Positions 26,844 through 37,929 of a stretch of DNA of 64,000 bases are shown here, one piece after another (position 1 is the first letter of the stretch; each line of letters starts with the position of its first letter). The stretch is from Candidatus Nanopelagicales bacterium. GTDB taxonomy: Bacteria > Actinomycetota > Actinomycetes > S36-B12 > UBA5976. Position numbers and translations under genes: made by a program. A model generated the notes under the pieces. That model saw only the letters and a list, made by a program, of their open reading frames with translations, made no database searches and was not told the DNA's origin. The DNA is taken from positions 1,502-65,501 of the forward strand of contig JAEMSA010000002.1 of NCBI GenBank assembly GCA_016463095.1. The letters run 5' to 3'.

Positions 26844-28055
26844 TTGTCAAAAATTAAGGTAGCAAATCCTGTAGTTGAACTTGATGGCGATGAAATGACT
26901 CGCATCATTTGGCAATTCATCAAAGATGAATTAATTTTGCCCTACCTTGATGTCAACCTTGAATATTACGATTTAAGCATTGAAAACCGCGACAAAACAG
27001 ATGATCAAGTAACAATAGATTCTGCTAACGCTATTAAGAAACACGGCGTAGGAGTTAAGTGCGCAACAATCACTCCTGATGAAGCCAGAGTTAAAGAATT
27101 TGGTTTGAAAAAGATGTGGAAGTCCCCCAATGGAACTATCCGAAATATTTTAGGTGGAGTTATTTTCCGTGAACCAATCATTATTAGTAATATTCCGCGT
27201 TTAGTTCCTTCCTGGACTAAACCAATAATTATTGGTCGTCATGCTCATGGAGATCAATACAAAGCAACTGATTTTCTAGTTCCAGGTCCTGGAAAAGTGA
27301 CCATGACTTTCCAACCTGCAGACGGATCCAGCCCAATGGAATTCCAAGTTGCTGATTTCACCGATTCAGGTGTGGCAATGGGAATGTATAACTTTGATGA
27401 AAGCATTAAAGACTTTGCACGAGCATCATTAAATTATGGTTTAAATAGAAATTATCCAGTTTATTTATCAACTAAGAACACCATCTTGAAAGCTTACGAT
27501 GGCCGTTTCAAAGATATTTTTCAAGACATTTATGAGAAAGAATTCAAAACCCAATTTGATGCAAAAGGTTTAACTTACGAGCATAGATTAATTGATGACA
27601 TGGTTGCCTCAGCTTTGAAGTGGGAAGGCGGGTATGTGTGGGCTTGCAAGAATTATGACGGTGATGTGCAAAGTGACACCGTTGCCCAAGGATTTGGCTC
27701 TCTTGGATTGATGACCAGTGTGTTAATGACACCAGATGGCAAAATTGTTGAATCAGAGGCAGCTCATGGAACAGTTACTCGACATTATCGTCAACATCAA
27801 AAAGGTGAACCAACTTCAACAAATCCAATTGCTTCAATTTTTGCCTGGACTGGTGGATTAGTTCATCGAGGTAAATTAGATAACAATACTGAACTTATTG
27901 GGTTTGCTAGAAAACTTGAAGAGGCTTGCATTAAAACTGTTGAATCAGGTTTAATGACTAAAGATTTAGCCAGTTTGATCAGTAAAAATCAAGCCTGGGC
28001 AACAACCGAGGATTATTTGGCTGGAATTAAGCGCCAACTAGACTCAAGCCTTTAA
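26844..28055 (+). CDS. icd: NADP-dependent isocitrate dehydrogenase (homodimeric, eukaryote-like type)
   Basis: 403 aa. It has '[13 protein letters not shown]', 'GRHAHGDQY' and '[25 protein letters not shown]'. Confidence 0.95.
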   Translation: MSKIKVANPVVELDGDEMTRIIWQFIKDELILPYLDVNLEYYDLSIENRDKTDDQVTIDSANAIKKHGVGVKCATITPDEARVKEFGLKKMWKSPNGTIRNILGGVIFREPIIISNIPRLVPSWTKPIIIGRHAHGDQYKATDFLVPGPGKVTMTFQPADGSSPMEFQVADFTDSGVAMGMYNFDESIKDFARASLNYGLNRNYPVYLSTKNTILKAYDGRFKDIFQDIYEKEFKTQFDAKGLTYEHRLIDDMVASALKWEGGYVWACKNYDGDVQSDTVAQGFGSLGLMTSVLMTPDGKIVESEAAHGTVTRHYRQHQKGEPTSTNPIASIFAWTGGLVHRGKLDNNTELIGFARKLEEACIKTVESGLMTKDLASLISKNQAWATTEDYLAGIKRQLDSSL

Positions 28056-28089
28056 CAGCTACGAACTGATTGAGTAGCATCTTTAATAT

Positions 28090-29370
28090 ATGAGTACTTG
28101 GGTCAGTGCCCTAATTGTTCTGCTTTTCATCCTGATCGGTGGATTCTTTGCTGCAGCAGAAATAGCACTTGTTTCGTTACGAGAATCACAAGTCAAAAGA
28201 ATTGCTGAATCTAAAGGAAGACGTGGCAAACTTTTAAAAGATTTACATGATCACCCCAACAGATTCTTAGCCTCTGTGCAAGTAGGTGTCACTGTGGCTG
28301 GTTTTATTGGAGCAGGATTTGGTGCCTCAAGTTTAACTCCGGTGTTATCACCAGTTTTAGATAAATTTTTTCCAGAATCTTTTGTATCTGTGATCGCATT
28401 TATTTTGATCACCTTATTTATTGCTTATTTCTCACTCGTTTTTGGGGAACTAGTACCAAAAAGATTAGCTTTACAAAATTCTGAAAGTTGGGCACTTTTT
28501 GCCGCTTATCCAATTGATTTTCTAGCAAGAATTACTAGACCTTTTATTTGGCTGTTGAGCCGTTCCACAAACATAATAGTCAGATTACTGGGCGGAGATC
28601 CAAGTGCAAGTCGCCAAGAATTAAGTGGCGAAGATTTAAGAGATTTAGTAGCAGGACACGAGGAGCTAAGTGATAACGAACGCGCATTAATTGATGACGT
28701 ATTCGAAGCAGATGATCGTGAAATACGAGAAGTAATGACTCCTAGAACCGAAGTTGAATTTCTTGACGCAGATTCAACTATTCCAGAAGCAGCTTTGGTT
28801 GTTGAAAAACTTCCTCATACTAAGTACCCAGTTATGAATAAAACTGCTGATGAAGTTCTGGGCTTTGTTCACGTTCGTCAATTACTTTCATTAGAGGCAC
28901 GAAAATCAAATAAACAATTAAGAGATATCGCAATTGCGGTGGAGTCAATTCCGGGTACTACCTCAGTATTAAGCGCTTTAGCGCAAATGAGAAATGGAAA
29001 TCAACATCTATTGATCGTTGCTGATGAATATGGTGGCACTGCAGGAATTGTGACTTTGGATGATTTAGTTGAAGAACTAATTGGTGATATTAGACATGAA
29101 GATGATGAACCAGAAAATGAAGTAAGTGATTTAGATTTCCACGGTGAGGTGGAAGTTGAGGGTTTGATGAATCTTGATGATTTTGCAGACTCAACACATA
29201 TTCATTTGCCTGAAGGACCATATGAAACAGTAGCTGGTTTTGTTATCTCTAAACTTGGGACCCTTCCAGCAGTAGGAAAATCAATCATTGCTGAACAATG
29301 CGTGTTTGAAATCTTAAGCATGGATGTGCGACGAATTTCACGTGTCAAAGTAAGTCGAATTGAACCTTAA
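28090..29370 (+). CDS. CNNM/HlyC-CorC family transporter (DUF21-CBS pair-CorC_HlyC)
   Basis: 426 aa. The N-terminal DUF21 TM region contains 'FFAAAEIALVS'. A CBS region and a C-terminal CorC domain follow. Confidence 0.8.
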   Translation: MSTWVSALIVLLFILIGGFFAAAEIALVSLRESQVKRIAESKGRRGKLLKDLHDHPNRFLASVQVGVTVAGFIGAGFGASSLTPVLSPVLDKFFPESFVSVIAFILITLFIAYFSLVFGELVPKRLALQNSESWALFAAYPIDFLARITRPFIWLLSRSTNIIVRLLGGDPSASRQELSGEDLRDLVAGHEELSDNERALIDDVFEADDREIREVMTPRTEVEFLDADSTIPEAALVVEKLPHTKYPVMNKTADEVLGFVHVRQLLSLEARKSNKQLRDIAIAVESIPGTTSVLSALAQMRNGNQHLLIVADEYGGTAGIVTLDDLVEELIGDIRHEDDEPENEVSDLDFHGEVEVEGLMNLDDFADSTHIHLPEGPYETVAGFVISKLGTLPAVGKSIIAEQCVFEILSMDVRRISRVKVSRIEP

Positions 29371-29385
29371 AAATTCCTTGCGTTA

Positions 29386-29823
29386 TTAGGTAGATTTAAG
29401 TGCGTCGGTAAAGACCTTTAACCCAACTAAAGCAATTTCATGATCTTGAATACTTGTTCCACCACTAACACCTATTGCCCCAACAACTTTATCTTGATCC
29501 CAACAAGGAACTCCGCCACCAAAAACTATATATCGCCCGTGATCACCTGAATTTAATCCAATTAAGTCACCACCAGGTTTCACTAAATCAGCTAATTCTT
29601 TAGTAGCAATTCTGTTTGAAACACTTGTGAATGCTTTATCTATGGCTAGGGTTTGCCCAGCAATTTCGGCATCATCCATGCGTGCAAATGAAATAAGATT
29701 TCCGCCCATATCAACAACGGCAACCGACATTAATACATTTATTGATTTAGCCTGATCAACACATTTTTCAGTAATTTGTTTTGCTAGCGAAAGATCAATT
29801 TCCATACGCGTTACTTTAGGCAA
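29386..29823 (-). CDS. GlcG/HbpS-like (DUF336) haem-binding family protein
   Basis: 145 aa. 'VAVVDMGGNLISFARMD' and 'GAIGVSGGTSIQD' are typical of GlcG-type proteins. Confidence 0.7.
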   Translation of the reverse strand: MPKVTRMEIDLSLAKQITEKCVDQAKSINVLMSVAVVDMGGNLISFARMDDAEIAGQTLAIDKAFTSVSNRIATKELADLVKPGGDLIGLNSGDHGRYIVFGGGVPCWDQDKVVGAIGVSGGTSIQDHEIALVGLKVFTDALKST

Positions 29824-29840
29824 CTCAAAAGCCCTTTCGC

Positions 29841-29882
29841 ATAAAACAGAAGGTGGGTGTAAGAAATATCCTTACACCCACC
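29841..29882 (-). terminator. Intrinsic terminator after the APC permease gene
   Basis: Perfect 12-bp stem GGTGGGTGTAAG (29852-29863) / CTTACACCCACC (29871-29882) with a 7-nt loop. On the - strand it is followed by UUCUGUUUUAU, and it starts 10 nt after the stop. Confidence 0.75.
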
Positions 29883-29892
29883 CCTAGTTGGT

Positions 29893-31461
29893 TTATCTTT
29901 CGTGTGATTCTTTAAATACTGTTCTGCCCACTTCAGCAAACACTGAAGGATGTTTGGATTTCAACCAAAGGGCATAACCAATACCTAGTAAGAATGTCAC
30001 GATGACGTACCAAGGTAACAACTTAACTGTCAAACTTCCGGATGCAAGTCCTGCAGCGAAAGTTAGGTTAGTTACTAGTAAGTAAAGTGCGTACAACATT
30101 CCTGCTGCACCAAGTAGTGGAGCAATAAGTGTAGTTACCACGTTTCCGGTATGAACTTTCTTAATCCAGAAATATGAAACAACAGCGAATGAACACACTG
30201 TTTGCACGATCAAAATCATCGCAGTACCTACTAATGAAGGAACTCCATAAATATTTACATAAGGAATTAAGGCAGGTGTGGCTACGCCTTCAATGTAAAC
30301 ATTTGTAAAGAACGCAAAGCTAACAACCATCAATACGTTCAGTGCAGTAACAACTGTTGATGCTGCAACTGGAGATTGGTGATCTGGGTGAGTAGTGCCT
30401 ATGCTGTTACGAATCTTTCCACTAGGAAGTTCTCTTCCTAACGCATAGAGGTATCTGGATGCAGCGTTATGAAATGCCATAGCGCAAGCAAATGAACCAA
30501 CTACAAGTAGCAATCTGTAGACCGGAACAGTACCTGAACCTAAATTAGATTTAACTAAGTTAAGCCATAAGTCCACTGGCGCTGCACCTGCAGAAACTTC
30601 AACTGCAGCTTTAGCACCTGTTCCAGCAACAACCATCCAGGAAAGGAATGTATAGAAAAGTCCTAATCCAACAACGGCAATCAGAGTTGCTTTAGGAATG
30701 ATTGTTTTTGGATCGCGAGACTCTTCGCCGTAAACAGCGGTTGTTTCGTATCCAACCCAAGACCAAAATGCGAAGAACAACCCAACTGCTGCAGTTCCTT
30801 GCGCAACACCTGTTCCGAATGCACCAGCTTCAAGGTTTGCAAACCCCGGAAGAATTGGGACAATTTCGTTGAACATTAAGCCATCAGGGCCGCCGCCTTT
30901 AAACAAAACGGACAAACCTAGTGCACCAAGTATTAAGACTTCACAAACTAAGGTCACACTCAGCACAACTGCAGTTAAGCGGATGTCAAAATAAGTCAGC
31001 ACCCAAATTAATAGCATTCCTAGAATTGCAATAATTAGCCAATTAATAGAAATTCCGAATAAGGAATTAATTGTGTCTGATGCAAAATAAGAAAAGCCAC
31101 CAATAATGGCGCCTTCAAAAATTACATAAGCAACTGTTGCGAGTAGACCCATTGCCATACCGGTTACTTGACCTAAACCATGGCTAATGAATCCATAGAA
31201 AGTTCCAGCAGTTGTAATATATCTGGCCATTGCCACGAAACCAATTGTGAAAATAGTTAACACAATTGTGGCAAAAAGATAACCAGCCGATGCGCCAATT
31301 CCGTTACCATAACCAATTGCAATTGGAACGTTGAAGCTCATTGCAGTGATTGGTGCAGCATTTGCGATCGCCATGAAAAGAACTGCATAAAGACCAATTG
31401 CTCCAGTCTTTAAACCGCCCGAACTTGTTTTGTTCGACATTTCACTCCCTTTGTTTTGCAA
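29893..31461 (-). CDS. APC-superfamily amino acid/polyamine permease
   Basis: About 12 TM segments, with an APC-type N-terminus 'GAIGLYAVLFMAIANAAPITAM'. The likely true start is ATG at 31440, preceded by GGGAG. Confidence 0.8.
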   Translation of the reverse strand: MQNKGSEMSNKTSSGGLKTGAIGLYAVLFMAIANAAPITAMSFNVPIAIGYGNGIGASAGYLFATIVLTIFTIGFVAMARYITTAGTFYGFISHGLGQVTGMAMGLLATVAYVIFEGAIIGGFSYFASDTINSLFGISINWLIIAILGMLLIWVLTYFDIRLTAVVLSVTLVCEVLILGALGLSVLFKGGGPDGLMFNEIVPILPGFANLEAGAFGTGVAQGTAAVGLFFAFWSWVGYETTAVYGEESRDPKTIIPKATLIAVVGLGLFYTFLSWMVVAGTGAKAAVEVSAGAAPVDLWLNLVKSNLGSGTVPVYRLLLVVGSFACAMAFHNAASRYLYALGRELPSGKIRNSIGTTHPDHQSPVAASTVVTALNVLMVVSFAFFTNVYIEGVATPALIPYVNIYGVPSLVGTAMILIVQTVCSFAVVSYFWIKKVHTGNVVTTLIAPLLGAAGMLYALYLLVTNLTFAAGLASGSLTVKLLPWYVIVTFLLGIGYALWLKSKHPSVFAEVGRTVFKESHER

Positions 31462-31595
31462 GTGTCAGACCCAAAATTGGAATTCGGGCTGACGTTTTCA
31501 AGAATAATCCCACAAGATTGAAGAAAACAGAAGACATGAAACCAATTATCTCGCCCCACGCATATCAACAGTCCCTATAGTGGACAATAGATAAT

Positions 31596-32585
31596 ATGGG
31601 GAAACCAAGTGTTCTATCAGGAATTCAACCAACGGCCGACTCCTTTCACATAGGTAATTATTTTGGCGCTTTGCGCCAGTGGGTTCAAATGCAAGAAACT
31701 CACGATTGCTTTTATGCAGTGGTGGACTTACACGCCATAACTTCTGAATTTGATCCAAAAATTTTAAAGAAAAGAACACTGTCATCATTTGCACAACTAT
31801 TAGCTGTTGGAATTGATTCCTTGAAAAGCACAATATTTGTGCAAAGCCAAGTGCCACAGCATGCTCAACTAGCTTGGGTTTTAAGTTGTTTCACTGGTTT
31901 TGGTGAAGCAGGCAGAATGACACAATTTAAAGACAAAACACAAAAGGGTGGACAAGAAAGATCATCTGTTGGTTTATTTACCTATCCAATTTTACAAGCT
32001 GCTGACATTTTGCTTTACCAGGCACAAAGTGTTCCAGTTGGCGAAGATCAAAGACAACATTTGGAATTAACTAGAGACTTAGCTATTCGATTTAATAATC
32101 AATTTGGTAAAACCTTTGTGGTTCCAGAAGCTTTCATTGTTAAAGAATCTGCCAAAATTCTTGATTTGCAAGACCCAACTGCCAAGATGAGTAAATCTTC
32201 TCCACAAGGATGCGTTTTTATCTTGGATGAACCAGATGTGGTGATGAAAAAATTTAAAACCGCTCTAACAGACAGCGGTAAAGAAATTATATATGATCCA
32301 GCCAATAAACCAGGTGTTTCAAATTTATTGAGCATTATTAAAGCTGTAACAAATGAAGACATGGCAACTATTGAGTCTCAATTTACAAATAAAGGTTATG
32401 GAGACTTAAAGATTTATACAGGGGAATTAGTAGTGGAAAAGATTATTAAACCGTTTAGGGAAAAGACTATGACTTTATTGGCTGATGAAAATCAGTTAAA
32501 TTCTTTAATGAATGCTGGTGCTGAAAAGGCAGAGAAAGTTGCGGCCGCAACATTGAAAAGTGTTTATGAAAAAGTGGGTTTTTAA
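31596..32585 (+). CDS. trpS: Tryptophan--tRNA ligase
   Basis: 329 aa. It has 'SGIQPT...HIGNY' (HIGH), 'GEDQRQHLELTRD' and 'KMSKS'. Confidence 0.95.
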   Translation: MGKPSVLSGIQPTADSFHIGNYFGALRQWVQMQETHDCFYAVVDLHAITSEFDPKILKKRTLSSFAQLLAVGIDSLKSTIFVQSQVPQHAQLAWVLSCFTGFGEAGRMTQFKDKTQKGGQERSSVGLFTYPILQAADILLYQAQSVPVGEDQRQHLELTRDLAIRFNNQFGKTFVVPEAFIVKESAKILDLQDPTAKMSKSSPQGCVFILDEPDVVMKKFKTALTDSGKEIIYDPANKPGVSNLLSIIKAVTNEDMATIESQFTNKGYGDLKIYTGELVVEKIIKPFREKTMTLLADENQLNSLMNAGAEKAEKVAAATLKSVYEKVGF

Positions 32586-32592
32586 ACTTTAG

Positions 32593-33342
32593 TTATTTGC
32601 GGCGGGTAATTGTCTTACCCAACCAAACTAATGGATCATATTTAGTATCAACCACACGTTCTTTCATTGGAATGATCGCATTGTCAGTAATCTTGATGTG
32701 TTCAGGACAAACTTGGGTACAACATTTAGTGATGTTACACATTCCCAAACCATGAGATTCTTGAGCTTCACGTTTTCTATCTAATTCATCTAATGGATGC
32801 ATATCTAATTCTGCGAGGCGAATGAAGAATCTTGGACCAGCAAAGCTTTCTTTGTTTTCTTCGTGATCACGAACAACGTGACAAACGTCTTGGCAGAGGA
32901 AACATTCAATACATTTTCTGAATTCTTGGCTTCTCTCCACATCAACTTGCTTCATGCGGTATTCACCTAGCCTTAAGTTCTCAGGGCCCTTAAATGCTGG
33001 AACTTGGCGAGCTTTTATGTAGTTAAAGGAAACATCTGTGACTAGATCTTTGATAACTGGAAATGCTCTTAGGGGAGTAACAGTAACTTCATCTTCTTCA
33101 TTGAAAGTATTCATTCGCGTCATACACATCAAACTTGGTTTACCATTAATTTCAGCACTGCACGATCCACATTTTCCGGCTTTGCAGTTCCATCGCACAG
33201 CTAAATCTGGACTATCAGTTGCTTGTAAACGATGAATTACATCAAGTAGAACTTCGCCTTCACTTACCTCTACGTTGTAGTTAACTAATTCTCCTCTTTC
33301 CTTATTGCCGCGCCAAACTCGTAATTTCGCTAGATAACCCAT
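32593..33342 (-). CDS. sdhB: Succinate dehydrogenase/fumarate reductase iron-sulfur subunit
   Basis: Cys clusters 'CKAGKCGSCS', 'CIECFLCQDVC' and 'CTQVCP'. Confidence 0.9.
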   Translation of the reverse strand: MGYLAKLRVWRGNKERGELVNYNVEVSEGEVLLDVIHRLQATDSPDLAVRWNCKAGKCGSCSAEINGKPSLMCMTRMNTFNEEDEVTVTPLRAFPVIKDLVTDVSFNYIKARQVPAFKGPENLRLGEYRMKQVDVERSQEFRKCIECFLCQDVCHVVRDHEENKESFAGPRFFIRLAELDMHPLDELDRKREAQESHGLGMCNITKCCTQVCPEHIKITDNAIIPMKERVVDTKYDPLVWLGKTITRRK

Positions 33343-33345
33343 TAG

Positions 33346-35235
33346 TTATGCTCCCATTCCAAGTTGTACTAATTCTTCTGGTAACAAATATTTACTTAAT
33401 TCTTCCTCTTCAAACAATCCAGCTAATTCCTTGGGCATTGGCGGAATTGATTCAATTTTGGTGTCAACACTGCTGCCGTTCCAGGAAGTAATAACGTGTT
33501 TTGGTCTCCAATTTTTGTCCATGGTCGGGAAATCGTTTCTGGTGTGACCACCGCGAGATTCCTCTCTTACTAATGCACTCTTGGCTATTGATTCACTTAC
33601 CAACAACATGTTTTCCAGATCAAGTGATAAATGCCAACCAGGATTAAATTGTCTTTCACCTTGCACTGTTACATTTTTAGCACGCTTCTTTAAATCTTCA
33701 AGTTTTGTAATGGCTTCACGCATTTCATTACCATCACGAATAATTCCTACTAAATCATTCATTACTTGTTGTAGATCTTGGTGTACCGCAAATGGATTTT
33801 CGTTACTGGTGCCATTAAATGGAGCAAGGGCTGAATTTAAAGCTTTTTCTAGATGTGTTTCATTAACTTTTGGTTTAGTGGACAGTGATTTAACGTAAGT
33901 ACTAGCACCAACTCCTGCTCTGCGACCAAAAACTAATAGATCTGAAAGTGAATTTCCACCTAAACGATTTGAACCGTGCATGCCTCCAGCTACTTCACCA
34001 GCTGCAAATAATCCGGTCACTCCAATTGCTGCACCAGTATCAGGATCTACTTGAACTCCACCCATTACGTAGTGGCAAGTTGGCCCGACTTCCATTGATT
34101 GTTTTGTGATATCAACATCAGCTAATTCTTTGAATTGGTGCCACATTGAAGGCAATCTTTTCTTGATAACTTCTGGTTTCAAACGTGTTGAGACATCTAA
34201 GAAAACTCCTCCATGAGGAGATCCTCTACCTGCTTTTACTTCAGAGTTAATAGCACGAGCAACTTCATCTCGAGGTAATAATTCTGGTGGTCTTCTATTT
34301 GAATCAGGGTTCTCATACCAACCATCTGCTTCAGCTTCAGTTTCAGCATATTTATCTTTGAATATGGCAGGAATGTAATTGAACATAAATCTTTTGCCTT
34401 CAGAATTCTGTAAAACTCCACCATCACCACGAACTGATTCGGTTACCAAAATTCCTTTAACACTTGGTGGCCAAACCATGCCGGTGGGATGAAATTGCAC
34501 AAATTCCATGTGCATCAAATTTCCGCCAGCTTTCAGAGCCAAAGCGTGACCATCTCCGGTTCCTTCCCATGAATTGGAAGTAACTTTGAAAGATTTACCA
34601 ATTCCACCAGTTGCTAACACAACTGCTGGGGCTTGAAACATTACAAATTTTCCATTTTCACGCCAGTAGCCCAATACTCCGGAAACCTTGTCGTCAGTTT
34701 TAAGGATTTCGGTGACAGTTAATTCAGCAAAAACTTTAATTCTTGACTCGTAGTCACCAGACTCTTTGAAGTCTTCTTGTTGCAAAGAAACAATCTTTTG
34801 TTGCAAAGTTCTAATTAGTTCCAAACCTGTGCGATCACCAACGTGAGCTAGGCGAGGATATTCGTGTCCACCAAAGTTTCTTTGACTGATTTTTCCATCT
34901 GGGGTTCGATCAAATAGAGCACCATAAGTTTCTAATTCCCAAACTCGATCAGGGGCTTCTTTAGCATGAAGTTCAGCCATTCTCCAATGATTTTGAAACT
35001 TTCCACCGCGCATGGTGTCACGAAAATGTACCTGCCAGTTGTCATTTGAGTTAACATTTCCCATTGAGGCAGCAATGCCGCCTTCTGCCATAACGGTGTG
35101 AGCTTTACCAAAAAGTGATTTACAAATAATTGCAGTTCTTAAGCCACTGGCACGAGATTCAATAGCAGCACGCAAACCTGCGCCACCTGCTCCAATGATC
35201 ACAACATCAAAGTCGTGACGTTCAATTTCGGTCAT
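33346..35235 (-). CDS. sdhA: Succinate dehydrogenase/fumarate reductase flavoprotein subunit
   Basis: 629 aa. It has the FAD fold 'VVIIGAGGAGLRAA', 'HPTG' and 'RGGHTR'. Confidence 0.9.
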   Translation of the reverse strand: MTEIERHDFDVVIIGAGGAGLRAAIESRASGLRTAIICKSLFGKAHTVMAEGGIAASMGNVNSNDNWQVHFRDTMRGGKFQNHWRMAELHAKEAPDRVWELETYGALFDRTPDGKISQRNFGGHEYPRLAHVGDRTGLELIRTLQQKIVSLQQEDFKESGDYESRIKVFAELTVTEILKTDDKVSGVLGYWRENGKFVMFQAPAVVLATGGIGKSFKVTSNSWEGTGDGHALALKAGGNLMHMEFVQFHPTGMVWPPSVKGILVTESVRGDGGVLQNSEGKRFMFNYIPAIFKDKYAETEAEADGWYENPDSNRRPPELLPRDEVARAINSEVKAGRGSPHGGVFLDVSTRLKPEVIKKRLPSMWHQFKELADVDITKQSMEVGPTCHYVMGGVQVDPDTGAAIGVTGLFAAGEVAGGMHGSNRLGGNSLSDLLVFGRRAGVGASTYVKSLSTKPKVNETHLEKALNSALAPFNGTSNENPFAVHQDLQQVMNDLVGIIRDGNEMREAITKLEDLKKRAKNVTVQGERQFNPGWHLSLDLENMLLVSESIAKSALVREESRGGHTRNDFPTMDKNWRPKHVITSWNGSSVDTKIESIPPMPKELAGLFEEEELSKYLLPEELVQLGMGA

Positions 35236-35244
35236 GATTCCCCT

Positions 35245-36051
35245 TTAGAAGAAATATAAATTAGTGATTGAACCACTTGCTACAAGTCGTACATAAAAAT
35301 CACACATGGCAACACCAATTAGTGAAATCCAAGCATATTTTGGATGGTGTGCGTTTAGTTTGGAAACTATGGTCCAAGTCTTGTATCTAATTGGATGTTT
35401 ACTGAAATGCTTTAATCTTCCGCCCAGAATATGGCGACAGGAATGACAAGAAAGTGAATATAACCAAAGAAAAGTTGCGTTTGCTAACAAAACAAGTGTG
35501 CCAACGCTCATATGTCCCCATTGACCTTCAGCATTCTTGAAAGAAATTAATGCGTCATAGGTGAGTAAAACATTGAATACTAAGCCAGCAATAAAAAAGT
35601 ATCGGTGAGAATTTTGCAAAATCAAAGGAGACTTTGTTTCTCCTGAGTAAGATTTATGAGGTTCTGCTACAGCACAAGCAGGAGGCGATAACCAAAATGC
35701 GCGGTAATAAGTTTTTCGGTAATAGTAACAAGTCATGCGAAAACCTAGTGGAAAAATCAATATAAGTAGTGCTGGAGAAAAAATCCACCAGCTACCAAAC
35801 GGTTGACCTAAGTGAGAAGCCCCTTCAACACAACTGGTGGCAAGACATGGTGAATAGAAAGGTGAAATTAATGGTTCGGCAAAATAGTACTTATTTTCAA
35901 AAGCTCTGATCGTAGAATAAATAATGAAGGAAACTAAAACAAAAACTGAAATTGCGGGTTCAACCCACCACTTGTCAACTCTTAAGTGTCTTAAACCAAT
36001 TTTGGCACGGGTGGCCGAGCCAACTCCACGTTCCATTGAACTAATCGCCAT
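35245..36051 (-). CDS. sdhC: Succinate dehydrogenase/fumarate reductase membrane (cytochrome b-type) subunit
   Basis: 268 aa with five hydrophobic segments and conserved His residues. It is the first gene of the sdhCAB-type operon, an arrangement like Rv0249c-Rv0247c. Confidence 0.7.
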   Translation of the reverse strand: MAISSMERGVGSATRAKIGLRHLRVDKWWVEPAISVFVLVSFIIYSTIRAFENKYYFAEPLISPFYSPCLATSCVEGASHLGQPFGSWWIFSPALLILIFPLGFRMTCYYYRKTYYRAFWLSPPACAVAEPHKSYSGETKSPLILQNSHRYFFIAGLVFNVLLTYDALISFKNAEGQWGHMSVGTLVLLANATFLWLYSLSCHSCRHILGGRLKHFSKHPIRYKTWTIVSKLNAHHPKYAWISLIGVAMCDFYVRLVASGSITNLYFF

Positions 36052-36109
36052 ACCTCGAGTTTAGTGGCGACCCCGGCAAGGCTGCATAGCCAAAAGATGG
36101 TCATTTCGA

Positions 36110-36125
36110 TGTGAAATGTCACACA
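36110..36125. promoter_or_regulatory. CRP/GlxR-like site TGTGA-aatgtc-ACACA upstream of the sdh operon
   Basis: 9 of 10 half-site matches to TGTGA-N6-TCACA. It also reads as TGTGA-N4-TCACA (36110-36123). It lies about 60-75 bp upstream of the sdhC start. Confidence 0.3.
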
Positions 36126-36133
36126 AGAAATAC

Positions 36134-37918
36134 TTAAGAAGCATCCCTAAGTTCTAGCAATACCGCACCGTTTGCAACAGATGCACCAACTTCAACAGAA
36201 AGTTCGCTTACCACCCCAGCTTTATGGGCAGAAATAGGTTGTTCCATTTTCATCGCTTCAATAACAAATAAGAGTTCGCCTTCACTTACCGTTTGACCAT
36301 TCTTAACCGCGATTTTTACCACGGTTCCTTGCATTGGACTTTGCACCGCATCAGAGTCAAGGGAACCAAGGGTTGTTCTTTGATGTCTTGCCACAGGTGG
36401 TTTCTTTTGTTTAACCCCACCAGAAGTTAAACCATTTGGCATAGTGATTTCAATTCTTTTTCCATTTATTTCAAGCACCAATGAGGATCTTTCGTCATTT
36501 GAAATTGGAGTGGATGAATCTTTATATTGAGGAATCTCATTTTTAAATTCACTTTCAATCCAACTTGTGTAAATACTAAATTTTTGTAATTCATCGATTG
36601 GGGCAAATGCTGGATCATTTAACACAGCTCGATGAAAGGGAAGTGCGGTAGCAATTCCTTCTGCTTCAAATTCACTAAGTGCCCTTTTAGCTCTTTCGAT
36701 CGCTTCTTTTCTAGTAGCACCGGTAACAATTAATTTGGCAAGTAGAGAATCAAAGTTTCCACCGATTACATCTCCTTGTTTGAAACCTGCGTCAACTCTG
36801 ACTCCAGTTCCACTGGGTTCTTTCCAAACTTTCAACTGACCTGGAGCAGGTAGAAAGTTTCTTCCAGGATCTTCACCGTTAATACGAAATTCAATACTAT
36901 GACCATTAATTATTGGATCGTGATAGCCAAGTTTTTCACCCCTAGCAATTCTTATTTGCTCGCGAACTAAATCAATGCCAGTTACTTCTTCACTTACTGG
37001 GTGCTCAACTTGCAAACGAGTGTTTACTTCCAAGAATGAAATAGTTCCGTCTTGCCCAATTAGAAACTCACAAGTTCCAGCACCTACGTAGTTTGCTTCT
37101 TTTAAAATTGCTTTGGATGAATCATAAAGTTGTCTTCTCTGTTCATCAGTTAAAAACGGAGCGGGTGCTTCCTCAACAAGTTTTTGATGTCTTCTTTGCA
37201 AGGAACAATCTCGGGTGGAAACCACAACAACATTTCCGTGTTGGTCGGCTAAACATTGAGTTTCCACATGGCGAGGGCGATCTAGGTATCTTTCAACAAA
37301 GCATTCACCTCGACCAAATGCTGCGGTTGCTTCTCTAACAGCTGATTCATAAAGTTCTACAATTTCTTCTTGGTTACGAGCAACTTTTAATCCTCGACCA
37401 CCACCACCAAATGCGGCTTTAATTGCAATAGGTAAACCATGTTGGTTAGCAAAATCGACTACTTCACTGGCATTTTTTACAGGATCTTTAGTTCCTGGAA
37501 CTAGCGGTGCCCCAACTTTTGCGGCGATATGTCGTGCTTGAACTTTGTCACCTAAAGATTTAATGGCAGCAGGTGGTGGACCAATCCAAATTAATCCAGC
37601 ATCAATGACACTTTGGGCAAAGTCAGCGTTTTCAGAAAGAAAACCATAACCGGGGTGAATTGCATCAGCTCCTGAACGTTGAGCAATTTCTAAAATCTTA
37701 GGAATAGATAAATAAGTTTCAGAAGCAATAGTTCCATTTAGTGAATAAGCTTCATCAGCATGCAATACGTGCAGCGCATCTCTGTCTGGTTCGGCATAAA
37801 TTGCCACACTTGAAATTCCAGAATCTTTACAAGCCCTAGCAATTCGAACAGCAATTTCACCACGATTAGCAATAAGTATTTTTGTGATGGAAAGATTTTG
37901 TGAGCCAGATTTAGCCAT
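36134..37918 (-). CDS. accA: Acetyl/propionyl-CoA carboxylase alpha subunit (biotin carboxylase + BCCP)
   Basis: 594 aa. It has '[13 protein letters not shown]', an ATP-grasp core and the biotinyl-lysine motif 'EAMKME'. Confidence 0.9.
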   Translation of the reverse strand: MAKSGSQNLSITKILIANRGEIAVRIARACKDSGISSVAIYAEPDRDALHVLHADEAYSLNGTIASETYLSIPKILEIAQRSGADAIHPGYGFLSENADFAQSVIDAGLIWIGPPPAAIKSLGDKVQARHIAAKVGAPLVPGTKDPVKNASEVVDFANQHGLPIAIKAAFGGGGRGLKVARNQEEIVELYESAVREATAAFGRGECFVERYLDRPRHVETQCLADQHGNVVVVSTRDCSLQRRHQKLVEEAPAPFLTDEQRRQLYDSSKAILKEANYVGAGTCEFLIGQDGTISFLEVNTRLQVEHPVSEEVTGIDLVREQIRIARGEKLGYHDPIINGHSIEFRINGEDPGRNFLPAPGQLKVWKEPSGTGVRVDAGFKQGDVIGGNFDSLLAKLIVTGATRKEAIERAKRALSEFEAEGIATALPFHRAVLNDPAFAPIDELQKFSIYTSWIESEFKNEIPQYKDSSTPISNDERSSLVLEINGKRIEITMPNGLTSGGVKQKKPPVARHQRTTLGSLDSDAVQSPMQGTVVKIAVKNGQTVSEGELLFVIEAMKMEQPISAHKAGVVSELSVEVGASVANGAVLLELRDAS

Positions 37919-37929
37919 GATTTGTTACT

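Noticed and set aside
31441-31595. T-box or Trp-leader attenuator upstream of trpS, or a riboswitch for the divergent APC permease.
   Set aside because: The only small ORF (MKPIISPHAYQQSL) has no Trp codons. There is no T-box consensus or specifier architecture, and the single imperfect hairpin (around 31464-31493) is weak.
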